Notes under the pieces: model-generated
The model's input: only the letters and a program-made list of their open reading frames with translations
The model's database searches: none
Told to the model about the DNA's origin: nothing
Shown here: one piece after another, positions 1-9,018 of the stretch
Numbering within the stretch: position 1 is the first letter of the stretch
Layout of the letters: each line of letters opens with the position of its first letter
NCBI GenBank assembly: GCA_014728075.1
Contig: WJMG01000078.1
Coordinates: forward strand, 2,668 to 66,667
Reading direction: 5' to 3'
Length of the DNA stretch: 64,000 nt
DNA from: Candidatus Omnitrophota bacterium
Lineage (GTDB): Bacteria > Omnitrophota > Gorgyraeia > Tantalellales > Tantalellaceae
Position numbers and translations under genes: made by a program

Positions 1-100
1 TCTCGTCCGTCAAAGGTGTTCCGGCGCTCAGACACCCGAACTCGCGTGTGGCTCGTTCGGAAACTCGCGGCGGAACACCTTTAACGGACTCGTAAGAGGC
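1..100. repeat. REP-like palindromic element; its core is repeated at 373-406
   Basis: Arms gtccgtcaaaggtgttccg / cggaacacctttaacggac form a long imperfect hairpin. The 34-bp ccggcgctcagacacccgaactcgcgtgtggctc is identical at 21-54 and 373-406. Confidence 0.75.
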
Positions 101-267
101 CTTTCGCCTTAATAAAAAAACAACCCGGGGGAGTTATGTCCCCCAAGCCCCCCTAAATTTGTTGTTCCGCGGACCCGTTAACGAAAGCGGAAGTTTATGA
201 GCACGATAGTGGTAATGCGGAGGGTTGGTCGGCATCCGGGGAGCGGGGCTAGAGGCAATGCAGCTTT

Positions 268-323
268 CAGATATCAGATCTCAGCTGTCAGCTAAGAAAA
301 TCGTCTCCGGATCGGTGCCGCGC
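268..323. repeat. Dispersed intergenic repeat, inverted copy at 39543-39597
   Basis: cagatatcagatctcagctgtcagctaagaaaatcgtctccggatcggtgccgcgc aligns by eye with the reverse complement of 39543-39597 (cagatatcagatcgcagctatcagataagggatcggccttggatcggggctgcgc). Confidence 0.75.
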
Positions 324-495
324 ACCCATGTGGCAGAATAGCGGTGGGATGCCCTCGTCCGACAAAAATATCCCGGCGCTCAGACACCCGAACTCGCGTG
401 TGGCTCTGGCGCCTATACGCTGTACGCTATGCGTCCACTTGACGCTTAACGCCCCTAATATGTCCTCTGTCGAGGCTTGTCCCCGGATACACCCC

Positions 496-524
496 TTGCC
501 ATCTACAGCATTATATGGTATCCT
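496..524 (+). promoter_or_regulatory. Sigma70-type promoter of the ferredoxin gene
   Basis: TTGCCA-17-TATCCT with an extended TG, upstream of RBS GGGAGG. Confidence 0.5.
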
Positions 525-565
525 TTTCTCCCGATAACAGGTGAAAATATAAACAGGGAGGAAAA

Positions 566-733
566 ATGGCTCACAAGATATCCGATGAATGCGTAGCATG
601 CGGCAGCTGTCAGCCTTCGTGCCCGGTGGACGCTATCTCGGAAGGCACTCCTTTCGAGATAGACGCTGAGAAGTGTACGGATTGCGGCGCCTGCGTGTCA
701 ACCTGTCCGGTTAACGCTATTTCGCCGGAATAA
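566..733 (+). CDS. 2[4Fe-4S] ferredoxin, 55 aa (not in the ORF track)
   Basis: Manual translation MAHKISDECVACGSCQPSCPVDAISEGTPFEIDAEKCTDCGACVSTCPVNAISPE has two CxxCxxCxxxCP motifs; strong RBS. Confidence 0.95.
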   Translation: MAHKISDECVACGSCQPSCPVDAISEGTPFEIDAEKCTDCGACVSTCPVNAISPE

Positions 734-754
734 ACCCGGTTGATATCAAAAGAG

Positions 755-792
755 AACCGGTGATGGACATCCCTGTCCGTCACCGGTTTTTT
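755..792 (+). terminator. Rho-independent terminator
   Basis: aaccggtgatggaca-tccc-tgtccgtcaccggtt stem followed by a T run. Confidence 0.85.
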
Positions 793-915
793 AATGTTTA
801 GCCCTTTACACCTTTAGATCAGGGACAGGTAACGCCCCGGCTTCGCACCAGGTACAACCTCTGCGCCTTCCGAGCCAAGAGCTGCCTATGAACTGTTACC
901 CCGGCACAATGGAAC

Positions 916-1437
916 TTATTTTTCGCCGCTGAGGCTTTCAAGCTCAACTTCCGGAAGCTCGTTGCTGTCCTCTGCCCCGGCGGACATCAGCTCCCATCCT
1001 TTTGTGGAAAATTCCTTAACTACCGTTTCATATCCCGGCTTTTGGTATACTACCCACGCCTTATTGAAAGGCCTCTTGAAAGTTCGTTGCATGCCGAAAA
1101 GCGTTTTATATCTTCTCTGGTACTTTCTGGAGCCGGCAGAAACATATTTTCCCTTCTCCCCGGATAGCCCCATACGCCTGCCGGGGAATTTTCCGTTCCA
1201 TCTCGCGCTGTAGGCGTCAAAAAGTCTCTCGAGCCTTTTAGGGTCTTCTGTTGGCCATTTGTCCAGAAGGACCATAACCTCCACCCCTTCAAGCGGACGC
1301 TCCGTTCCTTCTTCCAGCACCCTGCCCGAGACCCGGTACTGTATGACACCCTCTTCCCTGACATCGTTAAGACCGAAGATCACCACCACAACGAGCACTA
1401 TCACCAAAGCTATAAAAGTCGCCCTGAATTTCTTCAT
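916..1437 (-). CDS. Membrane-anchored hypothetical protein, carboxypeptidase-regulatory-like beta domain
   Basis: N-terminal hydrophobic anchor; VSGRVLEEGTERPLEGVEV and KPGYET motifs; RBS AGGAG. Confidence 0.6.
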   Translation of the reverse strand: MKKFRATFIALVIVLVVVVIFGLNDVREEGVIQYRVSGRVLEEGTERPLEGVEVMVLLDKWPTEDPKRLERLFDAYSARWNGKFPGRRMGLSGEKGKYVSAGSRKYQRRYKTLFGMQRTFKRPFNKAWVVYQKPGYETVVKEFSTKGWELMSAGAEDSNELPEVELESLSGEK

Positions 1438-1557
1438 CCTTTTCTCCTTGTTGATGTAACGACCCTTTTATTGTACTCCCCGGCGTACCTCTTTTCAAGC
1501 GCGGCAATGGCAGGGACCCCGTCACCCGCCGGAAACGGGATAAAAAAGCCTCCGAAA

Positions 1558-1598
1558 CAAAAAAACCGCCCCGGGCCTTTTGTCTGCCCCGGAGCGGC
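1558..1598 (-). terminator. Probable terminator after the small basic gene
   Basis: On the minus strand, GC stem ccgctccgggg..cccggggcgg followed by T7. Confidence 0.55.
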
Positions 1599-1615
1599 CT
1601 ATGCATGGATTATAT

Positions 1616-1759
1616 TCATTCCGCCTTTTTAGTGCCTACAAATATACCGTTAATGAAATAGTCTTCCGGGTTCTCTCCTTTGGCGGCAAGTTTTTTTCTC
1701 ATCTTTTTGCGCTTGTTCTGTTGTTTCAGTTTGTTCTTTTTCCTGTCCTTAAGTCCCAT
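1616..1759 (-). CDS. Small very basic protein, 47 aa
   Basis: MGLKDRKKNKLKQQNKRKKMRKKLAAKGENPEDYFINGIFVGTKKAE; strong GAGGAGG RBS; followed by a terminator. Confidence 0.75.
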   Translation of the reverse strand: MGLKDRKKNKLKQQNKRKKMRKKLAAKGENPEDYFINGIFVGTKKAE

Positions 1760-1876
1760 TGTCTGTTCCCTCCTCAAGTTTGATCTGTCCCGTGTTCTGT
1801 CGCCCTTCAATATATTACATGATTTCCCCGGAAAAGCAAGGGTCCTTCCATCTTAGGAAAAGACCGGAAAAAGCGC

Positions 1877-2125
1877 TCATGCGCTCTCTTGAGCGGTCAG
1901 TATCCTTGCCAGCACGATTCCCGACGCTATGAAAGTCAAAGCTTCGAAATAAGACAGAACGCTGGTAGCCAGATAATCCGAAACGATCATTAACAGCACT
2001 CCTGCCATATAGCAGACTATAAAAGCCGGCTGGATCCTGAAATTGCCCTTAAGGGAGAAGACCAGCTGTATGAACCACGCGGCCATTATAAGGACTAGTC
2101 CCGCAGAAGCCATGTTTATATCCAT
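1877..2125 (-). CDS. Small 3-TM membrane protein, possibly PQ-loop/SemiSWEET-like
   Basis: 82 aa with three hydrophobic segments; AGGAGGG RBS. Confidence 0.6.
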   Translation of the reverse strand: MDINMASAGLVLIMAAWFIQLVFSLKGNFRIQPAFIVCYMAGVLLMIVSDYLATSVLSYFEALTFIASGIVLARILTAQESA

Positions 2126-2156
2126 GATCTCCCTCCTTTTGCGCTCTTCCCTTATT

Positions 2157-2207
2157 ACCTATCCGGGATAGATACCTATCCCGGATAGGTTCTTATCCCG
2201 GATAGGT
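2157..2207. repeat. Three tandem 17-bp palindromes (ACCTATCCSGGATAGGT)
   Basis: acctatccgggatagat / acctatcccggataggt / tcttatcccggataggt, contiguous. Confidence 0.9.
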
Positions 2208-2212
2208 AAGGG

Positions 2213-2803
2213 TCAGCTTGTTCTTTTATAAACTTCCTTCAGGAACTCCTTGACCTTCTCCGCCTGCTTTGACCGCGGGCCGTAATGGGAGAGATAAAGA
2301 TCCAGCAGTTTTTCCGCTTCCTTTTCGGCTTCGGCGTATTTTGCCTGGTCGTAATACGCCGCCGCCAGGAGCTGCCTGGCCCCGGCAAGCTTAAGGCTGT
2401 TCCTTCCCTCCAGCGGCTCACCTATTTTCAAACACCATTCGAGCGCGCTTTCCGCCTCCCCGGGTTTTCCCCACCGGGTATAGAGAATACCCAGGTTCAT
2501 GAACCCTTCGGCGGTCCGGATGTCGCGCGTATGGTAGATCTCTATGGTAAGCCTCAAGGATTCCTTTAAAAGGGCCTCGGCCTTTTCGTAGTCACCCTCC
2601 TTGATAAGGCCCGGGGCCTTTGCTTCTATCCGCGCGATCCTTTCGGATTTTTCGCGCAGAAGCCTTCTTCCCGAAGAAAGCCTTCTTTTACGGGCTGATG
2701 GACTTTGCTCCATCGACTTACGAACGAACTGTTCCCAGTCCTCCGCCTCCGCACTGAAGATCAAGGCCGTCATTAAAAAACAAAGGACCAAAAGTATTTT
2801 CAT
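2213..2803 (-). CDS. Exported TPR-repeat protein
   Basis: Signal peptide MKILLVLCFLMTALIFSAEA; kinesin-light-chain-like TPRs (NLGILYTRWGKPGEAE, LAAAYYDQAKYAEAE). Confidence 0.8.
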   Translation of the reverse strand: MKILLVLCFLMTALIFSAEAEDWEQFVRKSMEQSPSARKRRLSSGRRLLREKSERIARIEAKAPGLIKEGDYEKAEALLKESLRLTIEIYHTRDIRTAEGFMNLGILYTRWGKPGEAESALEWCLKIGEPLEGRNSLKLAGARQLLAAAYYDQAKYAEAEKEAEKLLDLYLSHYGPRSKQAEKVKEFLKEVYKRTS

Positions 2804-2861
2804 ATCCGCCTCCTTTCCCGAAGACCGGGAACATCCGGTATTCATCCCGCCGGCTGCGGGC

Positions 2862-5405
2862 TTAAGCTGTGTCCTCGGCCACCTGCCCGGAAAGGTGGTG
2901 ACTGGCCGAGTGATGTTTCAGAGAGGCTCCCAGCACCTTCAGGAACTCAGTGTGCCTCCTTCCTTTCAGAGACAGGTGTTTATAGACCTGTATCTTGGCC
3001 CAGTCCTCTATGAAGACCCAGACAAGAGCGTATGCCCAGACTCCCAGTATGTACTTAAAGGGAAGAGCCGTGACAAAAAAACCGAACCCCACGATGCAGG
3101 CCGCGATCGCCTGCGTGCACAAAAGCGCGCCCGCCAGCACCGGGGCGGGATGCGGTTTTGACCAGAAGGGGTTCTTAGTCCTTGCTACCAGAAGCGTAAG
3201 CTGTCCGGCCACACAAAGCTTCAGAAAGATCACCGATTGCAACATCCCGTGGGGCAGGCCCATGACCTCTTTGACTATATATAAAAGCGCGAAAGTCTCA
3301 ACAAGCCCGAGAGCACCCAGGACAGTTGATACCGTTAGGACCCTTTTCATCTTCCATTTTACAGGCCTGGGGTCAAGCCAGGTATTATCTTTAGCGATAG
3401 ACATAATGGGAAGATCGTTCAGAAGCGCCAGGAGTATTATCATTACCGCCGTTATCGGGTACATGTTGAACGCGAGCATGGCAAGCACCATAAAAAGCAT
3501 TATCCTTATGGTCTCCGTGATCCTGTAAATAGCGTAAGAGTTCATCCTCTCAAAGATCTTCCTGGCTTCCTCTATGGCCTTTACGATCACCGAGAGGCCG
3601 GGCGCGGTAAGCACAAGGTCCGCAGCCGCCCGCGCCGCGTCGGTAGCGCCGGAAACCGCGATACCCATATCCGCCTGCTTGAGAGCGGGCGCGTCGTTAA
3701 CCCCGTCGCCTGTCATCCCGGTTATATGCCCGGCGGCCTGCATGGCTTTAACGATCCGGTATTTGTGTTCGGGAAAGACCTGGGCAAAACCGTCGGCCCT
3801 TACTATTTCTTCCCCGGTCTTAGCATATCCGGACTCAGGCCCTTCGCCCTGCGGAAAGAATTCTTCCGCGGATCTTATGTCCGCCCCCATGCCCAGGCGG
3901 GAGGATATCTCCCTGGCTATGGCCACATTGTCGCCGGTGACCATTTTGACCTTTATCCCGTGTTCTCCGGCCCTTTTGACAGTATCGGCGGAGTCCTCTC
4001 TGGGAGGATCAAAAAGAGGCAGTATGCCCAGAAACTTCCAGCCGGCCCCTTCGTCGGAACGGGCAACGCCGAGCGTGCGGAACCCCTTGGCGGCGAAGCC
4101 TTCGACCGAGGAAAGCACTTCTTGCTTCAACCGGTCTTCCGGCGCGCAAAGCGCCAGAATGACCTGTGGAGCTCCTTTGGTTACGGCGAAGGTCCGACCC
4201 CCGGGCGCCTTGATCTGCGCTTCCGTCCTTTTGCTGACAGGATCGAACGGAGAGAATCCGGTCTGTTCGTATTTCGTGATCTCTTCCCTGTTCCCGAGAG
4301 CTCCGATAACCGCCAGGTCTATCGGGTCTCCGTCCTCTTCCTTGGAAGCCAGGGCCCCGGCCAGGATTATCTCTTGAGCCTCCGTACCCCCCGCGCCCAC
4401 GGGGTCTCCCAGTTTAAGCTTGTTCTGCGTGAGCGTCCCGGTCTTGTCCGAGCAAAGCACATCCATCCCCGCCATTTCCTCGATGGATTCAAGCCTTGAA
4501 ACTATCGCTTTCATTTTTGAAAGGGCTACCGCTCCCATAGCCATGGTGATGGACAGTACCGCCGGCATGGCCACCGGTATTGACGCCACCGTGAGGATCA
4601 ACGCGAATTGTGTTATCTTAAGAAGGTCCGCGCCGCGCCAGAGCTGTACCCCCACGAGAACTATCACCAATCCCACACTCAAGCATATGAGATAATCCCC
4701 TATGGAAAGTACCGCTTTCTGAAAGTGCGAGGCACCCTTGGGCCCCGAAACGAGGCGCGCAGTTTTCCCGAAAAAGGTATCGGCTCCCGTGGCGACGACC
4801 AGGGCCACCATTTCCCCCTGTTTCGTCACGGACCCTGAATAAGCAATATCGCCTTCTTTCTTATTGACCGGCAGTGATTCGCCGGTCATTGCCGACTGGT
4901 CAACCGTAAGATAGTCGCCCTCAGTCAGCTTAACATCAGCGGGGATGACATCTCCCAGCCTGAGCCTGACAATGTCGCCCGGCACAAGTTCACAGGCGTC
5001 GATCTGCCGCCATTTGCCGTCCCGCCTGACCCGTGCTTTCAGGGCAAGCTGGCTTTTTAACGCGTCTATCGCGCTGGAGGCCTGGTGCTCCTGCCAGAAC
5101 CCGACTACGGCGTTAAAAACGAGAAGCACCGAAATGATCACAAAATCGTCCCAGTGCTTTACAACGGCCGATAAGACCGCGGCTATCTCTATCATCCACG
5201 GGATGGGACCCCAGAAATAAGAAAGAAATTTCATGACCGGATTAACTTTTTTCTCGGGAAGCGCGTTCGGCCCCGCCTCTTTCAGCCTCCGCGAGGCTTC
5301 TTGCGAAGAAAGTCCTTCCTTTCCCGTTCCTAGTTCTTCCGCCAGTTCCCCGGGATCCATGTCCCTGGCCTTTTCAGAGTCTATGCTGAATTTCGGAGTC
5401 CCCAT
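2862..5405 (-). CDS. Plasma-membrane proton-efflux P-type ATPase (type IIIA)
   Basis: DKTGT, TGES, GDGVNDAPALK, IPVAMP and ALLND motifs; FWGPIPWMIE N-terminal signature. Confidence 0.92.
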   Translation of the reverse strand: MGTPKFSIDSEKARDMDPGELAEELGTGKEGLSSQEASRRLKEAGPNALPEKKVNPVMKFLSYFWGPIPWMIEIAAVLSAVVKHWDDFVIISVLLVFNAVVGFWQEHQASSAIDALKSQLALKARVRRDGKWRQIDACELVPGDIVRLRLGDVIPADVKLTEGDYLTVDQSAMTGESLPVNKKEGDIAYSGSVTKQGEMVALVVATGADTFFGKTARLVSGPKGASHFQKAVLSIGDYLICLSVGLVIVLVGVQLWRGADLLKITQFALILTVASIPVAMPAVLSITMAMGAVALSKMKAIVSRLESIEEMAGMDVLCSDKTGTLTQNKLKLGDPVGAGGTEAQEIILAGALASKEEDGDPIDLAVIGALGNREEITKYEQTGFSPFDPVSKRTEAQIKAPGGRTFAVTKGAPQVILALCAPEDRLKQEVLSSVEGFAAKGFRTLGVARSDEGAGWKFLGILPLFDPPREDSADTVKRAGEHGIKVKMVTGDNVAIAREISSRLGMGADIRSAEEFFPQGEGPESGYAKTGEEIVRADGFAQVFPEHKYRIVKAMQAAGHITGMTGDGVNDAPALKQADMGIAVSGATDAARAAADLVLTAPGLSVIVKAIEEARKIFERMNSYAIYRITETIRIMLFMVLAMLAFNMYPITAVMIILLALLNDLPIMSIAKDNTWLDPRPVKWKMKRVLTVSTVLGALGLVETFALLYIVKEVMGLPHGMLQSVIFLKLCVAGQLTLLVARTKNPFWSKPHPAPVLAGALLCTQAIAACIVGFGFFVTALPFKYILGVWAYALVWVFIEDWAKIQVYKHLSLKGRRHTEFLKVLGASLKHHSASHHLSGQVAEDTA

Positions 5406-5432
5406 GTCCGCCTCCTGTTCTTTTGCGCCGTA

Positions 5433-7367
5433 TCAGTTCTTAAGGATTTCCCTGGTAGTCCCCGCAACCGGGAGGACTATCGTCGCCGTGGTGCCTTCTC
5501 CTTTCCTGCTGGTATAGCGAAGATCCCCGTTATGAGCCTTGATTATCCCGTAACAGACAGACAGTCCCAGGCCGGTACCCTGTTCCTTGGTGGTAAAGAA
5601 CGGGTCGAATACTTTTTTGATGTTCTCCTGGCTTATCCCCTCTCCCGTGTCCGAGATCTCGATCCTAACATTGCGGTCCGCCTGAGAGGACTTTATAGTG
5701 ATCCTTCCTCCCTCGGGCATAGCGTCCGCGGCGTTCTTCAGAATGTTCATGAACACTTCGTGCATCTGCTTCTCATCCATATTGACCTTGTCGAGAGCCG
5801 CGCCGTACTGTTTCTCTATGGTTATGTTGACCAGCGAAAACTGATGCTCCAGGAGATGCACTACGAAATCTATTGTATCGTTTATATCTCCCGGCTCGAA
5901 AATGCCTTTACCGGGCTTGGAGAACCTTAGCATCCTCTGGATTATATCTTTGGCCCGCGCGCACTGGTCCTGAATTATCTTGAGAGCGTTCCTTACCTCT
6001 TCTTTTTCAGGGTTGTCCATAAGAGCGAGCTGGGCTCTTCCGGAAACTATCTGCAGGGGGTTGTTGACCTCATGGGCCATGTCCGAGACCATGGACCCGA
6101 GTTTGGCAAGCCTTTGGGATAACTCCACCTTTTTCCTTTCGGTAACATCGGTGCTCACTCCCCTGTAACCCACAAGTTTGCCGTCATTGTCAATGACAGG
6201 TATTCCCGTCATTTCCAGCGTCATTATTTTTCCGTCTTTCCTCAGGACCTGGATATCGAGATCCTTGAATTCCCTTTTTCTGTCGAATATGCCGCATATC
6301 TTCTCAACGGCCGCCTCTTTCTCTTCGGGCACTATAAAATCACTGAAAAATTTACCCACCACCTCGTTGAGGCGGTACCCCAGTATCTTTTCCACCCCGC
6401 TGCTGGAATAAACATACCGGCCCTTCGGGTCCATTTCCCATATCCAGTCCCCCGTGTTCTCGGCGACATCCTCGAATCTTTTCTGTGCCGCCTGCAGGAC
6501 CTCGATAGAGACCGTGGATTTTTTCAGGTCCGCCGCCATTTTGTTGAACGCCTCCGCAAGCTCCCCTATCTCATCCCTGGTCTTTATATCGACCTGTACT
6601 TCCAGGTCTCCACCGGCTATTTTTCTTGTGGCTTCAACCAGCATTTTTATGGGAATGATCGCGACTCTGGTAATAAGTATTACCGCCAGGACCGCGGCGA
6701 GAAGGAGAAGGCCGGCCATGTTAAGCGCCGTACGCTGGGAATCACGAACGAGCCCCAGGATGTTCTCAAGGGAGACTATGATAAGTACCGACCCTATTTT
6801 CTGCAGTTTAAGGGTCCCGGTCTCCTCGTAGAACTCCAGGTTCTCTTCGGTCGGGTGCTGGACTCCGCCGGTATCGGACCACCCCCACTCCTCCTCGACC
6901 AGAAGTATCCCCGCTTCTCCTTTGGGAGCGACCCTTTGCGTACTGGTAACGGGCCTTTTTACCTTAAAAACAAGTTCGTCCCCTATGTAGCCGGTAGTGA
7001 TCGTCACAAGGCCCCTTATCTCCGATCCGTATTCATCAAGAAGGGTTTTGAGGTCAGCGCCCTCGTCCGGGTCCGACTGGGCCGCCACCTTTCCGTCCCT
7101 GTCGTAGACGGCGCAATATATGACATCGGGCTGCTGCATGATCCCGGCTATAAGGTCCCGCAGCACCTGTTCGTTCCCGGAAAGGAGCCCGTATTCACAA
7201 TCGTAAGCAAAATTATCCGCCAGCGCCTTGCTCTGTCTCTTGACATTGCTGTAGACGATATTTTTCTCATTCTCTATAAAAAAAAGCGTCAGAGCCGCAC
7301 TCACCACTACTACCAGTAGAGTTATGATTATGGCGGCTTTCAGCTGGACACCGAATATGCTTCTCAT
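5433..7367 (-). CDS. Membrane sensor histidine kinase (HAMP-PAS-HisKA-HATPase, NtrB-like)
   Basis: Two TM segments, HAMP, PAS (WIWEMD..YRGVSTDVTERK), AHEVNNPL, FFTTK..GTGLGL. Confidence 0.92.
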   Translation of the reverse strand: MRSIFGVQLKAAIIITLLVVVVSAALTLFFIENEKNIVYSNVKRQSKALADNFAYDCEYGLLSGNEQVLRDLIAGIMQQPDVIYCAVYDRDGKVAAQSDPDEGADLKTLLDEYGSEIRGLVTITTGYIGDELVFKVKRPVTSTQRVAPKGEAGILLVEEEWGWSDTGGVQHPTEENLEFYEETGTLKLQKIGSVLIIVSLENILGLVRDSQRTALNMAGLLLLAAVLAVILITRVAIIPIKMLVEATRKIAGGDLEVQVDIKTRDEIGELAEAFNKMAADLKKSTVSIEVLQAAQKRFEDVAENTGDWIWEMDPKGRYVYSSSGVEKILGYRLNEVVGKFFSDFIVPEEKEAAVEKICGIFDRKREFKDLDIQVLRKDGKIMTLEMTGIPVIDNDGKLVGYRGVSTDVTERKKVELSQRLAKLGSMVSDMAHEVNNPLQIVSGRAQLALMDNPEKEEVRNALKIIQDQCARAKDIIQRMLRFSKPGKGIFEPGDINDTIDFVVHLLEHQFSLVNITIEKQYGAALDKVNMDEKQMHEVFMNILKNAADAMPEGGRITIKSSQADRNVRIEISDTGEGISQENIKKVFDPFFTTKEQGTGLGLSVCYGIIKAHNGDLRYTSRKGEGTTATIVLPVAGTTREILKN

Positions 7368-8368
7368 TCCCCCTCTTTCTTCCCGAAGACCTGCGCTCTG
7401 CGAAGGGCGTCCTGGTTGACCCGGGCGCGTATAACTTCCGCGGTCCGCTCATTGTATAGTATACGGGCTTTCCTGGGCCGTTCAACCGGAAGGCTTCCCG
7501 CGGCCCTGCCCCTCAGGACATTATTAGCAAGCCCGGACGCCTGAACGCCTATATCGTAATAATCACATTCAAAAGCGAGGAGCGCCCCGGCTTTTACGAA
7601 ATTCGACGAAAAAGCTATGAACGGCATCTGCTGTTTAAGCGTGAGGAGTATTATGTGCTTTCCGGAAGTGGAATTGTACACGAAAGTATCTATCCCCGCC
7701 CAGAGGCACTCGGCCGAAAGGAAAAGTTCCTCCAGCGCGAGCGTAATATCAGAGGATGTGTGGGCCGGTCTGGCGATCAGCTCAAGACCGGTTTCCGAGG
7801 CCGCCGCCGCGGCCTCGCGCGCCAGATCTTCTTTTTTTCTGGCATCATAGATCATCCCCACGGTCTTGACATCGGGCAGGATATTCTTTATATGGGTAAA
7901 TTGTATAAGAGCGGGAAGGTCCAGGGTGACACCGGTAATGTCCTCCGAGCCTTCGGCTTTTATAATTCCCGCGCCTTCCGGGTCAAGCACCATGAAAAAG
8001 ACCACAGGGGCTCCCGTTATCCTTTCCGAAACGAACTCGGCGGCCTCAGTTCCTATCGGACAGACAATATCCGCTTTGATCTTGGAGACCTTGGAAGCAA
8101 GCTCATCTTCACGGAAGATCTTATAGCGTTCAAGGTCGTAGTCTATGTATATTACTTCCCGGCGGTTTTTTTTCATGCCCTCACGGAAACCCCTGTAAGC
8201 GGTATCATATTCCTCAAGAGGCCGGGATCGTATGACCACTATTATCTTCCGTTCCGACGGCAGGGCATCCCGGACGGATAAAAACACCGCGCAAATTGAG
8301 ACCAGGGCAATAGGGATGATTTTTATTCCGTACCGGTGTTTTCTTCTTTGTAGCCGGCGTCTATTCAT
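7364..8368 (-). CDS. ABC-type substrate-binding protein (ABC_sub_bind family), kinase-associated
   Basis: N-terminal anchor; ITGVTL, VGMIYD, FVKAGALLA and YYDIGVQA motifs; ATGA overlap with the kinase. Confidence 0.8.
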   Translation of the reverse strand: MNRRRLQRRKHRYGIKIIPIALVSICAVFLSVRDALPSERKIIVVIRSRPLEEYDTAYRGFREGMKKNRREVIYIDYDLERYKIFREDELASKVSKIKADIVCPIGTEAAEFVSERITGAPVVFFMVLDPEGAGIIKAEGSEDITGVTLDLPALIQFTHIKNILPDVKTVGMIYDARKKEDLAREAAAAASETGLELIARPAHTSSDITLALEELFLSAECLWAGIDTFVYNSTSGKHIILLTLKQQMPFIAFSSNFVKAGALLAFECDYYDIGVQASGLANNVLRGRAAGSLPVERPRKARILYNERTAEVIRARVNQDALRRAQVFGKKEGE

Positions 8369-8506
8369 TGGAAAGGCTTATCCTGTTATTAATATGATAG
8401 ATAATACTGATAATCATATTATCCATCCCCCAACGGAAAAAGTCAAAGAAGTATACATTCTCGGGCTTTTTGCGGTCTACATGGAAAGCGTTGTCCTTGA
8501 GATGAT

Positions 8507-8905
8507 CTACGAAGGCAGTTTCAGGTATTTACGGGAGGCTTCGCGAAAGCTGATCGCTTCGTTACGGTAAAGCTTGTTCTCTCTGCGGTATTGGGATATT
8601 TCCTCTATCTCTCTTTCGAAGGCCTCGGCAAAACCGGAAGGAAGGTCCAGGAACCTGGTCCCCACCCGGAACATACCGTCACGCAGCTTTTTTACATAAA
8701 CCGTAACGGCCCGGAACCGGTACATCCGGTCTTTCATGAACAGGCGCAAAACGATCTGTCCGTTTTGATCGGGGGGAAGCGCAGACAAAAGCCCGGCGCC
8801 GCCTTTACTGATATCGGCAAGAGCGAGCTCTCCCTCATCCCATTCAACGGGATAAGCCGGATCGAATCTTTTCCATCTTCTTCTTTCCTGCATAAGATAT
8901 TCCAA
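8507..8905 (-). CDS. PilZ-domain protein
   Basis: ERRRWKRF (RxxxR) and DISKGG (DxSxxG) c-di-GMP motifs. Confidence 0.85.
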   Translation of the reverse strand: MEYLMQERRRWKRFDPAYPVEWDEGELALADISKGGAGLLSALPPDQNGQIVLRLFMKDRMYRFRAVTVYVKKLRDGMFRVGTRFLDLPSGFAEAFEREIEEISQYRRENKLYRNEAISFREASRKYLKLPS

Positions 8906-9018
8906 GGCTTGTACTTAGGCCTCTCCCAGCTACAAGTATATCATACGGCCGAAAAATAGTAAAGTTAGTTTAAAAAAAGCTAAGATTTTCGACTTAAGCA
9001 CACGCTTTTTCACAGGGA

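Noticed and set aside
21-406. 34-bp direct repeat as a CRISPR repeat
   Set aside because: Only two copies, 352 bp apart, embedded in a larger diverged palindrome; REP-like instead.
539-556. Possible Rex box at the ferredoxin RBS (aggtgaaaatataaacag)
   Set aside because: Too many mismatches to the consensus to support.
288-599. ORFs 288-599(-) and 328-537(+)
   Set aside because: They overlap repeat DNA and the ferredoxin promoter and start; composition is not protein-like.
2157-2207. Possible mini-CRISPR array
   Set aside because: The repeats are 17 bp and contiguous with no spacers, and there are no cas genes in the window.
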